Shown here one piece after another: positions 12,470 through 24,217 of a stretch of 64,000 bases of DNA. The translations under genes and the position numbers were made by a program. Location of the stretch: positions 123,938,001 through 124,002,000 of the forward strand of contig NC_091474.1 in assembly GCF_036971445.1 (NCBI RefSeq), in the 5' to 3' direction. The notes under the pieces are model-generated. The model was not told where the DNA came from. It ran no database searches and saw only the letters and a list, made by a program, of their open reading frames with translations. Numbering within the stretch: the stretch's first letter is position 1; each line of letters starts with the position of its first letter. The DNA comes from Narcine bancroftii (Eukaryota).

Positions 12470-12760
12470 TCACGATTCTGATTGGCAGGAGCAGATGCCA
12501 ATCATACAGTGCAACGCAGCGATTGGCTACATCGCTGTCATGAACTGGATGGAGAGGAGAGAGTTTGAAGATCTGAGGCGGGCGGGGAATGTCATCTCTG
12601 ATCCAATGTGGACATTTGTCACTGGCGGTCAAATTTCCACCAATCACACCGCTCAGAGGCTGCAGTCTGATTGGCTGTTCTTTATTTTCAAACCGCCCGC
12701 CAATTTCAGTGAAACTCTAATCACTTCACTGAAAATCATTTGAGTTGTTATAAATAGCAT
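12470..12760. promoter_or_regulatory. Promoter-like block with no attached gene (multiple CCAAT boxes, GC boxes, CDE/CHR, TATA)
   Basis: At least six CCAAT/ATTGG motifs, GGGCGGG, TTCAAACCGCCCGCC (12687-12701) and TATAAATA near 12749. Paralogs at about 38700-39000 and 53745-54010 in reverse orientation. Confidence 0.5.
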
Positions 12761-13093
12761 TTGAAATGTCGATTAATTATATCCCCAGCCTTGTGTGTGA
12801 ATATCCGGAGCCGATTTACTGACCCGGTGCCGATTTGAGGGGCTTCAGCTCAGCCGGAGACGAGACAAGCGAGTGTTCCCCGGACCAGAGTTTGGGGGGT
12901 AACAGGTGCCAACAGATCGCGCATCATCTTAGTAATTTCCAAAGAGAAAGTCTATCGGCCGAAGGTCAAGTTTGTAAAATAGACGAGCCCTGACAAGCAG
13001 CAATGAATCTATGAGCAAGGGCAGAGAACGAGGACAGGTAATGAATTTCATGACAACGTGGCGAGGGGCTGCTCTCTCTGTGAGGGGGTGGGT

Positions 13094-13109
13094 GGCTCTG
13101 AGAAGAGCC
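13094..13109 (-). terminator. Histone 3' stem-loop of the H4 pseudogene
   Basis: Reverse complement is GGCTCTTCTCAGAGCC, followed by ACCCA. Confidence 0.92.
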
Positions 13110-13140
13110 TTTGTGTTGATGCAGGGACAATGCAGGCAGT

Positions 13141-13447
13141 TCAGCCGTCGAAGCCATAGACAGTGCGGCCCTGGCGTTTCAGAGCGTACACCACATCCAT
13201 GGCGGTGACCGTCTTGCGCTTGGTGTGCTCGGTGTAGGTGACTGCATCCATGATCACGTTCTCCAGGAAAACCTTTAACACCCCGCGGGTTTCCTCGTAG
13301 ATCAGCCCCAAGATGCGCTTGACCCCGCCACGCCAGGCGGCGGATGGCAGGTTTGGTGATGCCCTGGATGTTATCACAGCGGACTTTATGGTGCCCCTTG
13401 GCTCCACCTTTGCCCAGTCCTTTACCTCCTTTTCCTCTGCCAGACAT
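13141..13447 (-). pseudogene. H4: Histone H4 pseudogene (5-bp deletion frameshift plus missense changes)
   Basis: [17 protein letters not shown]...IRRLA in one frame and [17 protein letters not shown]...YGFDG in another. Length 307 bp versus 312 bp for the intact copies, with many CpG-decay substitutions. Confidence 0.95.
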
Positions 13448-13951
13448 GATGCCTCTTCACTCCGGTCACTGCTCAATAACACAGTCGCTGCTGCTGTCTG
13501 CTTTTCTATGCAGCACCCCGACCTGCCTGAGATACGTGCAGCCAAGAGGAGGGGAGGAGTCTGAGTCCATGTGACGGCAGAGCATAGAGAGCGGCCTCTC
13601 ATCTCCCAGCTCCACTCCGTTTCCCGGACGCAACCACCAATTTCCAACCGTTTATCAGAACTCAGACCGAAACTGGGTCTTTGAACAACGCACACAGTGT
13701 TTATTTGAGAATTTTCCCTCAATTCGGATGGGTAGAAATGAACTCCCTGACCATGAGCCGACGGTGATGTTCCTGTTAGGGCAGAGAACCCTCTGTAAGA
13801 TGTGAAGAAGTCGTAAAAACATGAGAATGCGGAGCTGGAGTCGGCCATCCGGTTTCTTTACTACAGTGCCTGCACTCAAAGTGCACAGTTTTAAAACAGC
13901 TACTTTACTGTTCAGACATACAGCTGGAAAACAGTCACTACATTGCCTGTG

Positions 13952-14156
13952 TGTCGGATTATGTTATATTTTATAACATATCTAGATTTTTTTTAAAGGA
14001 GATAAATTGTTTCAGGTTTTTTAGTGTAGGTCTCATACAAACACTTCAAAACAGATATTATTTAAAATGCTCAAGCCGGACAGTCTGCAGATCACGAACA
14101 GCCGCAGTCTGTCTTTGTGTAGTTGGCTGTTCTAAGAGAGTCATGTGATTTTCTCT

Positions 14157-14187
<31 letters not shown>

Positions 14188-15443
14188 GTTCTAAAGTTCT
14201 GCCACTGGGATTGGAACATGACAAGCTGGTAAGCTTGTTGAAAAATGCCATTTTGAAGACAGGTTGTGAGTACTTAGTTCAGCCTGGTCAAAGCCCTTGT
14301 GGTCCATACAAGAAGAGATGACTGGCTGTATTGAAATAAGGGAAACAAAAAGGAGCTCTGTGGTGACCTGAAAGAAAGAGGTTATCATCTGGAGAAACCT
14401 GATGGGCAAATTTCTTTAGCAAGACACTGAAGTGCCTATTCAGAAGGAATCAGTTGTGGGTGTCCAACGAGCAACAAATCTTGGGGTGTTGGGAGAGCAG
14501 GGCAGCGGCATCAGTGCGGGGAAGTCCCTGCACTGACAGTCCATGATGGCTGCCCCTGGAAGGGGAGCTGTCAGGCGCTCCCCAGCTGACTCTCATTCCC
14601 TTAGCAGCCGCTTTCAGGCAGCTGCATTCATGTGCAGGGGGGACCTTAGTGCTCCAGCAATTATCCCTCCCGGACAAGGGTTACAAAGTTCACCTTGCAG
14701 GCACCAATTAGCCTCCCGACAGCCGTGTATTGGCATAATATGTGGCCTTAGAATCGGGGATTATGGCCACCTGAAAGTGCCAAGTGTGTGAGAGAGAGAG
14801 ACTGCTGGTTTTCTGCAGAGGCTTTTGGAAGCTTGTTTGAAACCCCATTTTGGAAGATGGATTGTGAGTTCTGACTTCAGCCTATTCAAAGCCCTTGTGG
14901 TCCATACAAGAGGAGATGGCTGGCTTGTGGTGTTTTGCCTGAGATAAGGGAAACAGCAAAGGAACTCTGGTGACTTGAAAGAAAGAGGTTATCATCCAGA
15001 AAACCCTGATGGGGCAAGTTTATTTGGCAAGACACTGGAGTGGCTGATCAGAAGTAATCAGTCTGTGTGTGTCCAACGAGCAACAAATATCTCTCTGAAA
15101 ACTGACAAGAACCTTCCTGAGTGGTAACCTTTCAAACACCAAAGCCTGGTGAAGTTCATAAATGTTAAATTCTGTGCACAGTATTAGAATTGCCTGATAC
15201 TAGTGAACTTGGAGGAATGAGAAGTGAGATTGTACTGTGAATCAAAGAACCTTTCTGAACTTACACACACATTACATACACATGTGCTTAGAATTAGAAG
15301 GGGGTTAAGTGAGGTTAAATTAATAGTAATAAGTTAAAGTTTGATCTTGATTTTTCATGTTTAAAGAATTAAAAGCAACTTTTGTTTAAGTCTTGGTGAA
15401 TTTCTATTACTGCTGGGTTTTCGAATCCTCTGGGCTCATAACA
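13952..15443 (+). mobile_element. LTR of the second family with an internal duplication, (GA)n tract and nested MITE fragment
   Basis: Ends in GGGCTCATAACA, matching the reverse of 6215. The block at about 14160-14480 is repeated at about 14790-15090. Left end approximate; no TSD seen. Confidence 0.7.
14490..14781 (+). mobile_element. Fragment of a PIF/Harbinger-like non-autonomous element
   Basis: GC-rich, ends in GGCCACCTGAAAGTGCC, similar to the right end of 51519-52362. Confidence 0.55.
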
Positions 15444-15589
15444 CAGAACACAGGCATTTACAACGGTTACTGAACTGTGACAGCACAGACCTATCCAACA
15501 GTTACTGTACTGTAAGGTCAAAACCTTTAGAATAGTCACTGCACTGTGAAATCACAGGCTTACAACAGTCTCGCCCACTCCATCCTCCC

Positions 15590-15780
15590 CACCAATCGTT
15601 CCCTTGGGACCTACCCCTGTGGACACAGGAGATGATCCACATGTGCCTACACCTCTTCACTCATCATAATTTGTGTCCCAAAAAAGTCCTTCCAAATTAA
15701 GAACCTTCTCTTGTGAATCTGCAGGGGTCACTTGCTCCCATTGTGGTCTCCTCTACATCAGATAGACTTAGCCCTGATTG
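15590..15780 (+). mobile_element. Penelope-like element fragment (GIY-YIG region)
   Basis: Degenerate GTYPCG...SCESAGV...CSHCGLLYI. Homologs on the minus strand at about 37200-37390 and 50810-51245. Confidence 0.65.
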
Positions 15781-15899
15781 AAAGATCACTTTGGATCTGT
15801 CCAATGCAGTTCACTGTATTCAACCTTTCCTTCAGAAGAGAACCTGTGGGTGAAAAACAGAGACCATTCATTAAAAAACCCCTAATATTTTACAAATAT

Positions 15900-17935
15900 T
15901 TACAAGTTAAGTCAGTCAGGAGGTTTGGTCGAGAGCCACAGTACTGGAAGACTTTGGGTTTCCTGAACTTCCTGGACTCCCTGTGGTACAGAGTCAGTGG
16001 GTGTTGAGGTCCCCGGTTCAGGTCATGGGGTGGATTGGTCCACTTCCTGAGCAGTGTCCTCCGGGACCCTGAGTAGGGTACTCAGTAGTTACTGGCACAC
16101 TTGAGCTATTGGACTTTCATTTCTGGCAGGTGCCAGGTTACTGATTGAGATGGTGTCCTCTCTGCTGTCAGGGTATGCTACGTAGGCATAAATTGGGTTG
16201 GCGTGCAGCAGGTACACTGTCTCGATCAGGGAGTTTGTCTTGCTCCTCCTCTCGTGCTTTCTCAGCAGGAATGGCCTTGGTGCCATCGGCTCAGCCAGGA
16301 GGGTAGTCCCAGATGTGGATTTCCTCTGGAGTGTAAACATAAGCTCGTGAGGACTTGTGTTTGTCATCATGCAGAGGAGCGACCTTATGGAGTAGAGTTC
16401 CATGGGTAGGACATCTTGCCAGCGTAAGTCTAGAACGCCTTTGGATCAGGGGGCCTATTTCATGGCCTTCCATACATCGCATTTTTTTCAACTTGTCTGT
16501 TCCCCCGGGGATTGTAGCTGGTCATCCTGCTTGAGGCAATGCCCCTTATGAGCTGGTACTGGCATAGCTCTTCGCTCATAAACGATGAGTCCTGGTTGCT
16601 ATGATTATAGCTGAGATAGCGGAACAGGGTAAAAATAGAGTGCAAGACCCTGATGATTGTGGTGGTGGTCATGTCTGGGGAGGGGATGGCGAAGGAAAAT
16701 GTGAATAGTCGTTGATGACTCTGAGAAAGTACATGTTGGTGGAAGGGAGGGAACCCTTGAAATCAACACTGAGTCATTCGAAGGGGTGGGATGCCTTTAT
16801 CAGGTGTGCTTTTTTGTGGCGGTAGAAGTGCAGCTTGCACTCTGCGCAGACCTGCAGGACCTGGTCATTTCCTTGATGTCCTCCTTGGAGTTGGGCAGGT
16901 TGCGTACCTTGACAAAATGAGCGATGCGGCTGTTGCCTGTGTGATAAAGTTCATCATGCAGTGACCGCAACTGGCCAGTGTGTGCAGAGGCACAGCTTCC
17001 TCTTGACAGGGCATTTAGAGGTTCATTGAGCATACCTTGCCATGTTAGGGAGTTCGATCCTCCACCTGGTGATCTTATCATTCTTTATTTTGCCACGTTT
17101 GCATTATTAAACATAAATGCCTCAGATCGCTGGTCAGTGAGCAATGTAAGTTTTCTGCCAGCCAGGTAATGACTTCAGTCCCTGATGGCTTGAGCCTCTT
17201 TCTCCACAGACGGGTTCTGATACTCATGGCCTTGTAAGGTGTGGGAGAAAAAGGCAACCCACCTGCTCATCAGGTTAAGGGTAGTGACCTGAGCAGCGTT
17301 AGGGGCATCGTTTTCCACCTGGAAGGGTGCATTCTCATCCACCACATGCATGGTAGCCTTTGCAATGTCATAGTCGAAAGCCATTTGGGCTTCGGCCGAC
17401 AATGGGAAAGAGGTGGACTAAGAGGGGGCAGACCTCATCCACATAATGAGGCACCCACTGGGCATAGTAAGAGAAGAAACCCAAGCACTTCCTTAAGGCT
17501 TTCATGGTTCATGGGATCAGGAGGCTAACAGGGGGTGAATTCGATTGAGGTCAGAGCCAATAACACCATTCTCTAATGCTTAGCCCCGGATCATCAGACA
17601 TTTTGTATGGAACACACACTTACTGGAGTTGTACATGCGGTTCAGGGCCTTAGCCATGTTGAGAAACCTCTGGCGGTTGGCGTCATTGTCTTCCAGATAG
17701 CGTCCACAAATGATGACATTGTCAAGATAAGGGAAGGTGCTTTCAATCTGTACTCATTGACCATTTTGTCCATCTATCTCTGGAAGACTGAGATCCCATT
17801 GGTGATACCAAAAGGGACCATCCGGAACAGATAGAGCCCTTCTTCTGCTTCAAATGCTTTGTGGGGGTGGTCCTTGGAACTGATGGTATGCAGCTTTTAG
17901 GCCGATAGTCAAATAGACCAGGTACTTCACAATTT
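15900..17935 (-). mobile_element. pol: Degenerate Gypsy-type pol fragment (RT, RNase H, integrase)
   Basis: Minus-strand PFGITNG and YLDNVIICG (RT), FQVENDA...VAFFSHTL...SVEKEAQA (RNase H), and SYNPRGNRQVE and IRSLLCMMTNTSPHE (integrase). Boundaries approximate. Confidence 0.8.
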
Positions 17936-18401
17936 TCATTTATATAAAATGTTTACACTTCGATGCTGCTGCAAAACAACTAAGGTGGCTACTTGTTCAT
18001 GAATATAAATTCTGATTCAGCCCAGAGCGACCAAAACCTGGTATTCAGACTCATCCCCTCAACAGTCTTGTATGTCCGAAACCTCGATCAGATCTCCACC
18101 ACCCTTTGTTCCAAGCAGTGAAACAAAAATTCTCCCCAGCGGCCTTTTCCCACTCCACACGTCAGTATTACTGCCTACGAGGCAGGGACTGCCTTCTGTT
18201 ACTGGCGGCGGTCTGTGATTGGTGGCTGTGACATATCCAATGAAATGTTTAGAGAAAATTCTTGTTGTTCATTCGTCCACATCGACCAATGATACTCGTT
18301 GCGTCCCCATTCCCTTATTAGCATAGCATGAGGGCACTGCCTATTTAAACCGCACTCGTTCCTTCTTCAGTTTATTTCTGAGTGTGTAATCAAGAGAAGA
18401 A

Positions 18402-18773
18402 ATGCCTGACTCGAAATTAGCGTCCAAGAAGGGCGCCAAGAAAGCGGTGTCCAAGCCAACTGGCAAAGGCGGCAAGAGGCGCAGAAAGTCGAGGAAGGAG
18501 AGTTATTCCATCTACATCTACAAAGTGCTGAAGCAGGTTCACCCCGACACTGGGGTCTCCTCCAAGGCCATGGGCATCATGAACTCGTTCGTCAGCGATA
18601 TTTTCGAACGCATCGCGGGCGAAGCTTCCCGCCTGGCCCATTACAACAAGAGATCGACCATCAGCTCCCGGGAGATCCAGACCGCCGTGCGCCTGCTGCT
18701 GCCCGGGGAATTGGCCAAACACGCCGTGTCGGAGGGGACAAAGGCGGTGACCAAGTACACCAGCTCCAAGTAA
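18402..18773 (+). CDS. H2B: Histone H2B, replication-dependent (123 aa, PDSKLAS N-tail type)
   Basis: Intact ORF with ATTAGCAT and TATTTAAA upstream and a stem-loop downstream. Confidence 0.97.
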   Translation: MPDSKLASKKGAKKAVSKPTGKGGKRRRKSRKESYSIYIYKVLKQVHPDTGVSSKAMGIMNSFVSDIFERIAGEASRLAHYNKRSTISSREIQTAVRLLLPGELAKHAVSEGTKAVTKYTSSK

Positions 18774-18812
18774 AGCCCTCACCAAGTGCCGACGACTCGA
18801 ACCGAAAACAAC

Positions 18813-18828
18813 GGCTCTTTTAAGAGCC
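18813..18828 (+). terminator. Histone 3' stem-loop
   Basis: GGCTCTTTTAAGAGCC, with HDE GAAAGAG downstream. Confidence 0.95.
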
Positions 18829-19337
18829 ACTTCCAGTCTCACTGAAAGAGTTCTCCGAATCCCCTTTGCGTGGAAATGGAGCAGAATTGGCTCTGGTTCT
18901 ATTTGTTTCCGGTTTTGTGTAATTGCAGACGTGCTTGGGAGGCTGGTTTCACTTCTGTATTTCTGCCCGCTGGATGACGGCAGTTGGTCTGATTTTGAAA
19001 TACTTTACCCTCGCATTTTTACAACCAGAGCCGATTAATGCAACCAAAAGTTGTTGATAACGTGATTAATTGCTATGTTGGCGACATTTTAACTGGATTT
19101 CCCCGTATTGTAACAGCTGATCAGGTTTCTACTCGGGAACATTATTGGATTGAACCTGAGAGGTGCTGTTATTGCATTAAAAACATGAACCCGTTGGAGT
19201 AATACAGCAGGTCTCGCAGCGTTCATAGCACGTAAAGCTATAACCAACATTACAGGCTTGAGTCCTTCAATATGCGAGTAAAAAGCAGGCAATGACTTGG
19301 CGCTGCCGTCTCGGATCCGCCTGCAGTTTGTGAACAG

Positions 19338-19456
19338 GAGGTGAGGGGGGGGAGAGGAGGGGGAGAGGAGGAGGAGGGGGGTGGAGGAAGAGGAGGGGGG
19401 GAGAGAGAGGAGGGGGGGGAGAGAGAGGAGGGGGGGGGGGGAGAGAGAGGAGGGGG
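19338..19456. repeat. Poly-purine G/A low-complexity tract
   Basis: About 120 bp of almost only G and A (GGA repeats and G runs). Confidence 0.9.
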
Positions 19457-19701
19457 TGCGGGCGGATGCGCTCATTTTCCGGAGAAATTGTACGAAAGGG
19501 GAAAAGGAGTGAAATGGGCTGTGGGTATCGAGGTCTGAAGCGGGCCAGAGACAAATATTAATTCAATTAAGGGAGGCCGTGGGGGACGGTGGTGAAGGAG
19601 AAACATGAGAAGGACAGATCCAATTTATTCTGCGCTACAAAGAGAATGGGGTGTGACAAATGCACTCCCACAGCTGCCGTTCGTCCTTCCACACACTGAG
19701 T

Positions 19702-19717
19702 GGCCCTGAAAAGAGCC
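19702..19717 (-). terminator. Histone 3' stem-loop of the H2A pseudogene (one mismatch)
   Basis: Reverse complement is GGCTCTTTTCAGGGCC, followed by ACTCA. Confidence 0.85.
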
Positions 19718-19739
19718 TTTCGGTCTCCGATCGATGATT

Positions 19740-19984
19740 GTCCGCTTTGCTGCTCTTGGGGCTGGCGGCTCCGCTGCCTTCCTTGGACAACAGCCCGGTC
19801 TGGATCTTCAGCAGCACCGCGCCCTGAGCGATGGTCACCACTGCCAGCAGCTTGTTGAACTCCTCGTTGTTGCAGGTGTATCGGGGTGATGCGGGTCTTC
19901 TTGTCTGGGGCCGTGTTGCCGGCCCGGGACAAGCGAGACTTTGTCTTGGACCGAGTTTTGCCTCCTTTCCCTCGTCCCACACAG
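19740..19984 (-). pseudogene. H2A: Histone H2A pseudogene with a large internal deletion
   Basis: GRGKGGKTRSKTKSRLSRAG joined directly to NTAPDKKTRITPIHLQ, then frameshifted NNEEFNKLLAVVTIAQGAVLLKIQ. No ATG. Confidence 0.9.
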
Positions 19985-20187
19985 GTATTTTCGTGAACTG
20001 AAAAATAGGGCCGGAAAAAAAACCAAATTCCTGACATATATTTGAACACGAAATCCCTACTTCGCCGTGCGTTCGCTCCGGACCCACTCACAAAACCCAA
20101 TGAGGAAAAGATAAACTGTGAGGGGCCACAAGTGTTCCCCCCCACCAGGTTCAGAGACAGCTGCTACCCCACCACCGTCAGACCCCA

Positions 20188-20481
20188 TGTGGTGGTACAC
20201 CACTGGCCTTATGCAGGGGGCAACTTCTGTACCTGCAGAAGAGTATGGGGACAAGACAACACCTGGGTGGCTGTCAATCAGCCGACTTGAACGGACCAAG
20301 CCCCAGCCAGTTGGGTGTCAATTACCCTCTGGGATACAAGCTTAAGCCGGCCCATCGAAGTCACTCTCAGAGTTTACAGTAGCACAAATCACGTCTGGCT
20401 CTGTGGAAGTTTAGGTCGAATAAAGTGTGGTACAGTCTTTTGGTTTTGTGTGTTTGCTTCTGACCGACAGCACACTGCACC
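20188..20481 (+). mobile_element. Solo-LTR-like insertion
   Basis: Starts TGTGGTG, AATAAA near 20419, and is absent from the paralogous flank near 42240. No clear TSD. Confidence 0.5.
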
Positions 20482-21279
20482 CTTCGAAAACAAACTCAAT
20501 CAGGGACTTATTTAAGACTCTTGTACATTAGTGATTTTTTTTCTCTGTATAGATTAGTTTGTTTATAAAAAACAGGCACAGTAATCAATGACCAAACAAA
20601 TTACTTTTTCTACTATCCCCCTGACACTGGGGAGCAGCTCCCACTGCACTCTGGTCCATTGTTAACACAATGACCCTGTTTGGTCAGGGGTAAGGGGACT
20701 GGTGAGGTGTCTTCATTGAATTTGACTATGTGCCTTCTCCAACATTTAGTAGGAACTACTGTATATATTGACCCACTTGATCAGTATTTTTTTTTAACTT
20801 TTTTTCTTGCAATGTACTTTGAGTTATTGATTGTCTCATGAGTGGTGTGACCTCTGAGAGGTGGATTGTATTGGGAAGGGTTGTGACTGTCATGTGGCTG
20901 CACTGCTCCCTACCTAGTCAAATTACCTGGACTCCACTCTCCAACTTGCCTGTACTTGGCCTTGGGCCATTGGCTGTTGTAATTAGATTAACCCTCCTGC
21001 CACTGAGATAATGGCCCCCAGTGGGCTTGTCCCTCCAGCACTAGAAAGGTGCCATTGCTCTTTGTTCTCTCTTTGCCAGCTTGGGACCACCCTGTTTCAC
21101 TCCAGGCCTAGAAATGTGGAAGGGTGCCGGAGAAACTGTTGGTAAGATGTGAACTGTTAAATGGGTTGGAAGTGTTCCTTGTAGCAAAGAGCTAAGAGGG
21201 GGTGGGGCATCATAGTGATTTCCCCCTGATCATTGTATGTACCAGTTCATTGTATGTATGTGTATTTTATTCCTATGCT

Positions 21280-22095
21280 ATTTTCCCACTTTTTTCAAAA
21301 GTTTATTTATTAAAGCATGATGCATATAATTAAGCATGAATAAAATGTAAAAAAAGCACAAAATATATACATGAATTTTAAAAAAAACTATTTGCCTACA
21401 ACCCCATCCCAACCCCTCTAATCTACCGCCAAAAAAAGATGAAAAACGAAGAAAGAGGAGATCACAAAACATAAAAATTCATCAATGTGTGGAAAGGGGA
21501 TTTAATAATTCAACCACCTATGATCCAAATACAGGCTCTGAATTTTTTTAAAGTAAGAAATAATTATCATGTAAATTATGTTATCTTTTCCAGTGGAATA
21601 CAAGACCATCTCTGAACACTCAAATCAATCTCATTTTTTCAATAATTGCCAAACATTTTCAAGCCACAGCTAAAACCAATCTCAAAAAAGTGATTTGAAA
21701 TCTATTTAATTCCAATTCTAAACTAATCCTCTTAATATTACCCAACAAGGACACCACAGGAACTAATAAAAATTTCACTTTCAAAATCAACCTCTCACAC
21801 GACCAGCTAGAATGTAAAAAAGAACCTACCTCCTTATGACTTCTAAAACATAAATCTGAAGAAAAAAAATTATATTTCCAGAGTTAAATATAATTAATGA
21901 ATAAAATTATAATGAACCAATTGATACCTTACATTTACAATTTTATTTATATTGTCCTTCCATAGATTCATTCAATCATCCTGAGAAATACATATACCTA
22001 AATCTTTCTCCCATTTCAAACTAGATTTATGAATATCCAGCTTAAGCATTTTATTTTGTCATGGAGCATACATTTCAGATATAAATCCCTTCTGG
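21280..22095 (-). mobile_element. L1-clade LINE 3' fragment
   Basis: AT-rich and similar to the 3' part (about 31480-32300) of the long L1 copy. Confidence 0.6.
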
Positions 22096-22347
22096 AAAAA
22101 TGAGCCAGAAAATGGAAGATGGAATTTAATGCAGATAAGAATGAGGTGTTACATTTTGGATGAACAAACTAAAGTAAGACATACACAGTAAATGGCAGAG
22201 CACTGAGGAGTGCAGAGGAACACATGGATCTGGGAATACAGAAACACAATACCCTAAAAGTGGTGTCAAAGGTAGACAAGGTTGTAAAGAAAGCTTTTTG
22301 CATCTTGGCCTTCATAAATCAAAGTATTGAGTACAGGAGTTGGGATG
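22096..22347 (+). mobile_element. CR1 LINE fragment, continuing at about 28320-28385 after the ERV
   Basis: KWKMEFNADKNEVLHFG...DLGI (CR1 RT C-terminal motif), split by the provirus with TSD GATG. Confidence 0.75.
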
Positions 22348-22870
22348 TGTGAGAGATGAGTAAAACTAATATGAAAATATGAAAGATGAAGAAAGCTAGT
22401 ATGGATATATGTGTAATGAATAAAGCCAGTATGAATAGGATAAGGATAGATAATAGAATGTAGGAAGTAAAGGTAGTCTGAATAAGATAAGGGTCTTCTA
22501 CCCTTAGACAGAATTAGCAAGTTCTGCACATAAGAAGTTTTGTAGCCCTGAGAGTCGGAAAGGTGTGAATAAGAACAATGACATGATGGGACACCGACAG
22601 GATACCCCTGGTCCTCCAAGTTCACAGAAACAGCATATAGGCAGACAGGATTGACTAATGCCAAAGTCATCCAGGAGGCAGAAGAATGTAAGGGGGAGGG
22701 TAGTTCTATACTGAAATAAACTGTATAAAAGTTGGGTGAGCCTCAGTGTATGTGTGTATTCCCAGGGTAAGGGGAAAGCACCCAACTTTGCATTGTTGTA
22801 TAATAAATGTTCTTTGTTCTCAATTGTTGTCTCGAGCAAATTCTGTGAAGGTACTTCTGTTTCTCACAGA

Positions 22871-22888
22871 TGGGGACTCGTCCGGGAT
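22871..22888 (+). other. tRNA-Pro primer binding site
   Basis: TGGGGACTCGTCCGGGAT, one mismatch to the canonical TGGGGGCTCGTCCGGGAT. Confidence 0.92.
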
Positions 22889-24217
22889 CCTAATCCTTCC
22901 GCTGACAGAGTGCCCGACAACGAGGGTAGGTGCACCCCGGCTGATTCAGCTGAACTCACAGACGGCGGGTGACTTATCAGTGGATGAAGCGAGTGATATC
23001 CGAGAAGAGGCATTGAGAACAAACGACGGGAGGACGTTAAGGAAGCGCGCTAGGAATAGCTACTGGATACCGGTAAGAGGAATTTTACTTACCTGTTAGT
23101 ATGGGAGGTGTGAGTAGCAAGGGAAATAGTCCTAAGGAAGGATGGGACAATCAGATAACTAAGCAATCAGATAGCATTAGGATTAATGCTATCTGATTGG
23201 GATGCGGGGAGAACTCTTGGGAAAGACAAACAGACCATGGTCAGGTATTGCTGTCTGGAATGGGTTAAAAAAACCCGATAAAAGGGAATTCGGTATATTG
23301 GCCAAAGTTTGGATTCGATGAGGACTGGATGTGTCAGGCATTGAACATCTGGCTCTATCAAAATCAAAGAGATAATATTGAGAGCAGAGAATATGCAGCC
23401 TAGCCTGCTGGCTCAGTGGATCCGTTGATCAACTGGTTTTGAATGGAAAGGAATGTAAGGACATTCTTGTGTCCCTGAAACACAAGGATGGGATGTGTTA
23501 CATTCCCTTCCTCCACCTTATGCTTCTCCTATGCCGATTCCTATCTTTTCCCTCTCTCCTATGTTAGTCTTCTTCACCTTCCCCTCCTCCCCCTCAGCTA
23601 AAGAAAGGAGAAGAAAGTAGGGGTGGTATGATGACCTGTTCACAAAGTACTAGATTACCACCTCAACTGACAAGAGAGGGAGGAGACTTTGATTCAAAAA
23701 AGTGTGAGACCCACCGGGAGGGAAGGGCAGAACCCTTTGATTCATTTCCCGGAGAGCAGGAATCTAGACATTATAAAGGAGAGGATAAACCAGAAATTAA
23801 CTGGATGAGACCTTTACGGGAAGTTCCCATGGGAGGAGGTCTCGGTTTCGTAAATGTGCCCCTGACTAGTACCGAGGTGCATAATTTTAAGAGAGAATGC
23901 CCAATAAACAGAAAGGAAAGGCTAAGATTTTGATGCAGGCAGTCAAGGAAGTCGTGGAGGGACAGCAAGGAAAGGGTAGGGGCTGTGTGCCAGTTCCTGG
24001 ACATTGGGAGGAGCTCTGGGATTGGGAGAGTAGAGACCAGAGCAGGGGCAAGGGTAGAGGGGAATTCCGGGGATGACAACCGTTCCCGGGACCTCGTGGT
24101 AATCCCGGTAGGAATTGGGAAACAGGAGCATTAGTTTGCTACCATTGTAAAAAGGAGGGACATTTTAAGAGAGAATGCCCAATGCGAGCCAGGGAGATGC
24201 GATCTTACGCACTGATG

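Noticed and set aside
13141-13848. 235-aa ORF ending in the H4 C-terminal half (possible novel N-extended H4 variant)
   Set aside because: It is created by the 5-bp deletion joining an alternative frame through the promoter. It lacks the H4 tail and carries missense decay, and its ATG lies upstream of the H4 TATA-like element.
19089-19554. Pro/Leu/Ser-rich and Gly/Glu-rich ORFs
   Set aside because: Translations of the poly-purine low-complexity tract.
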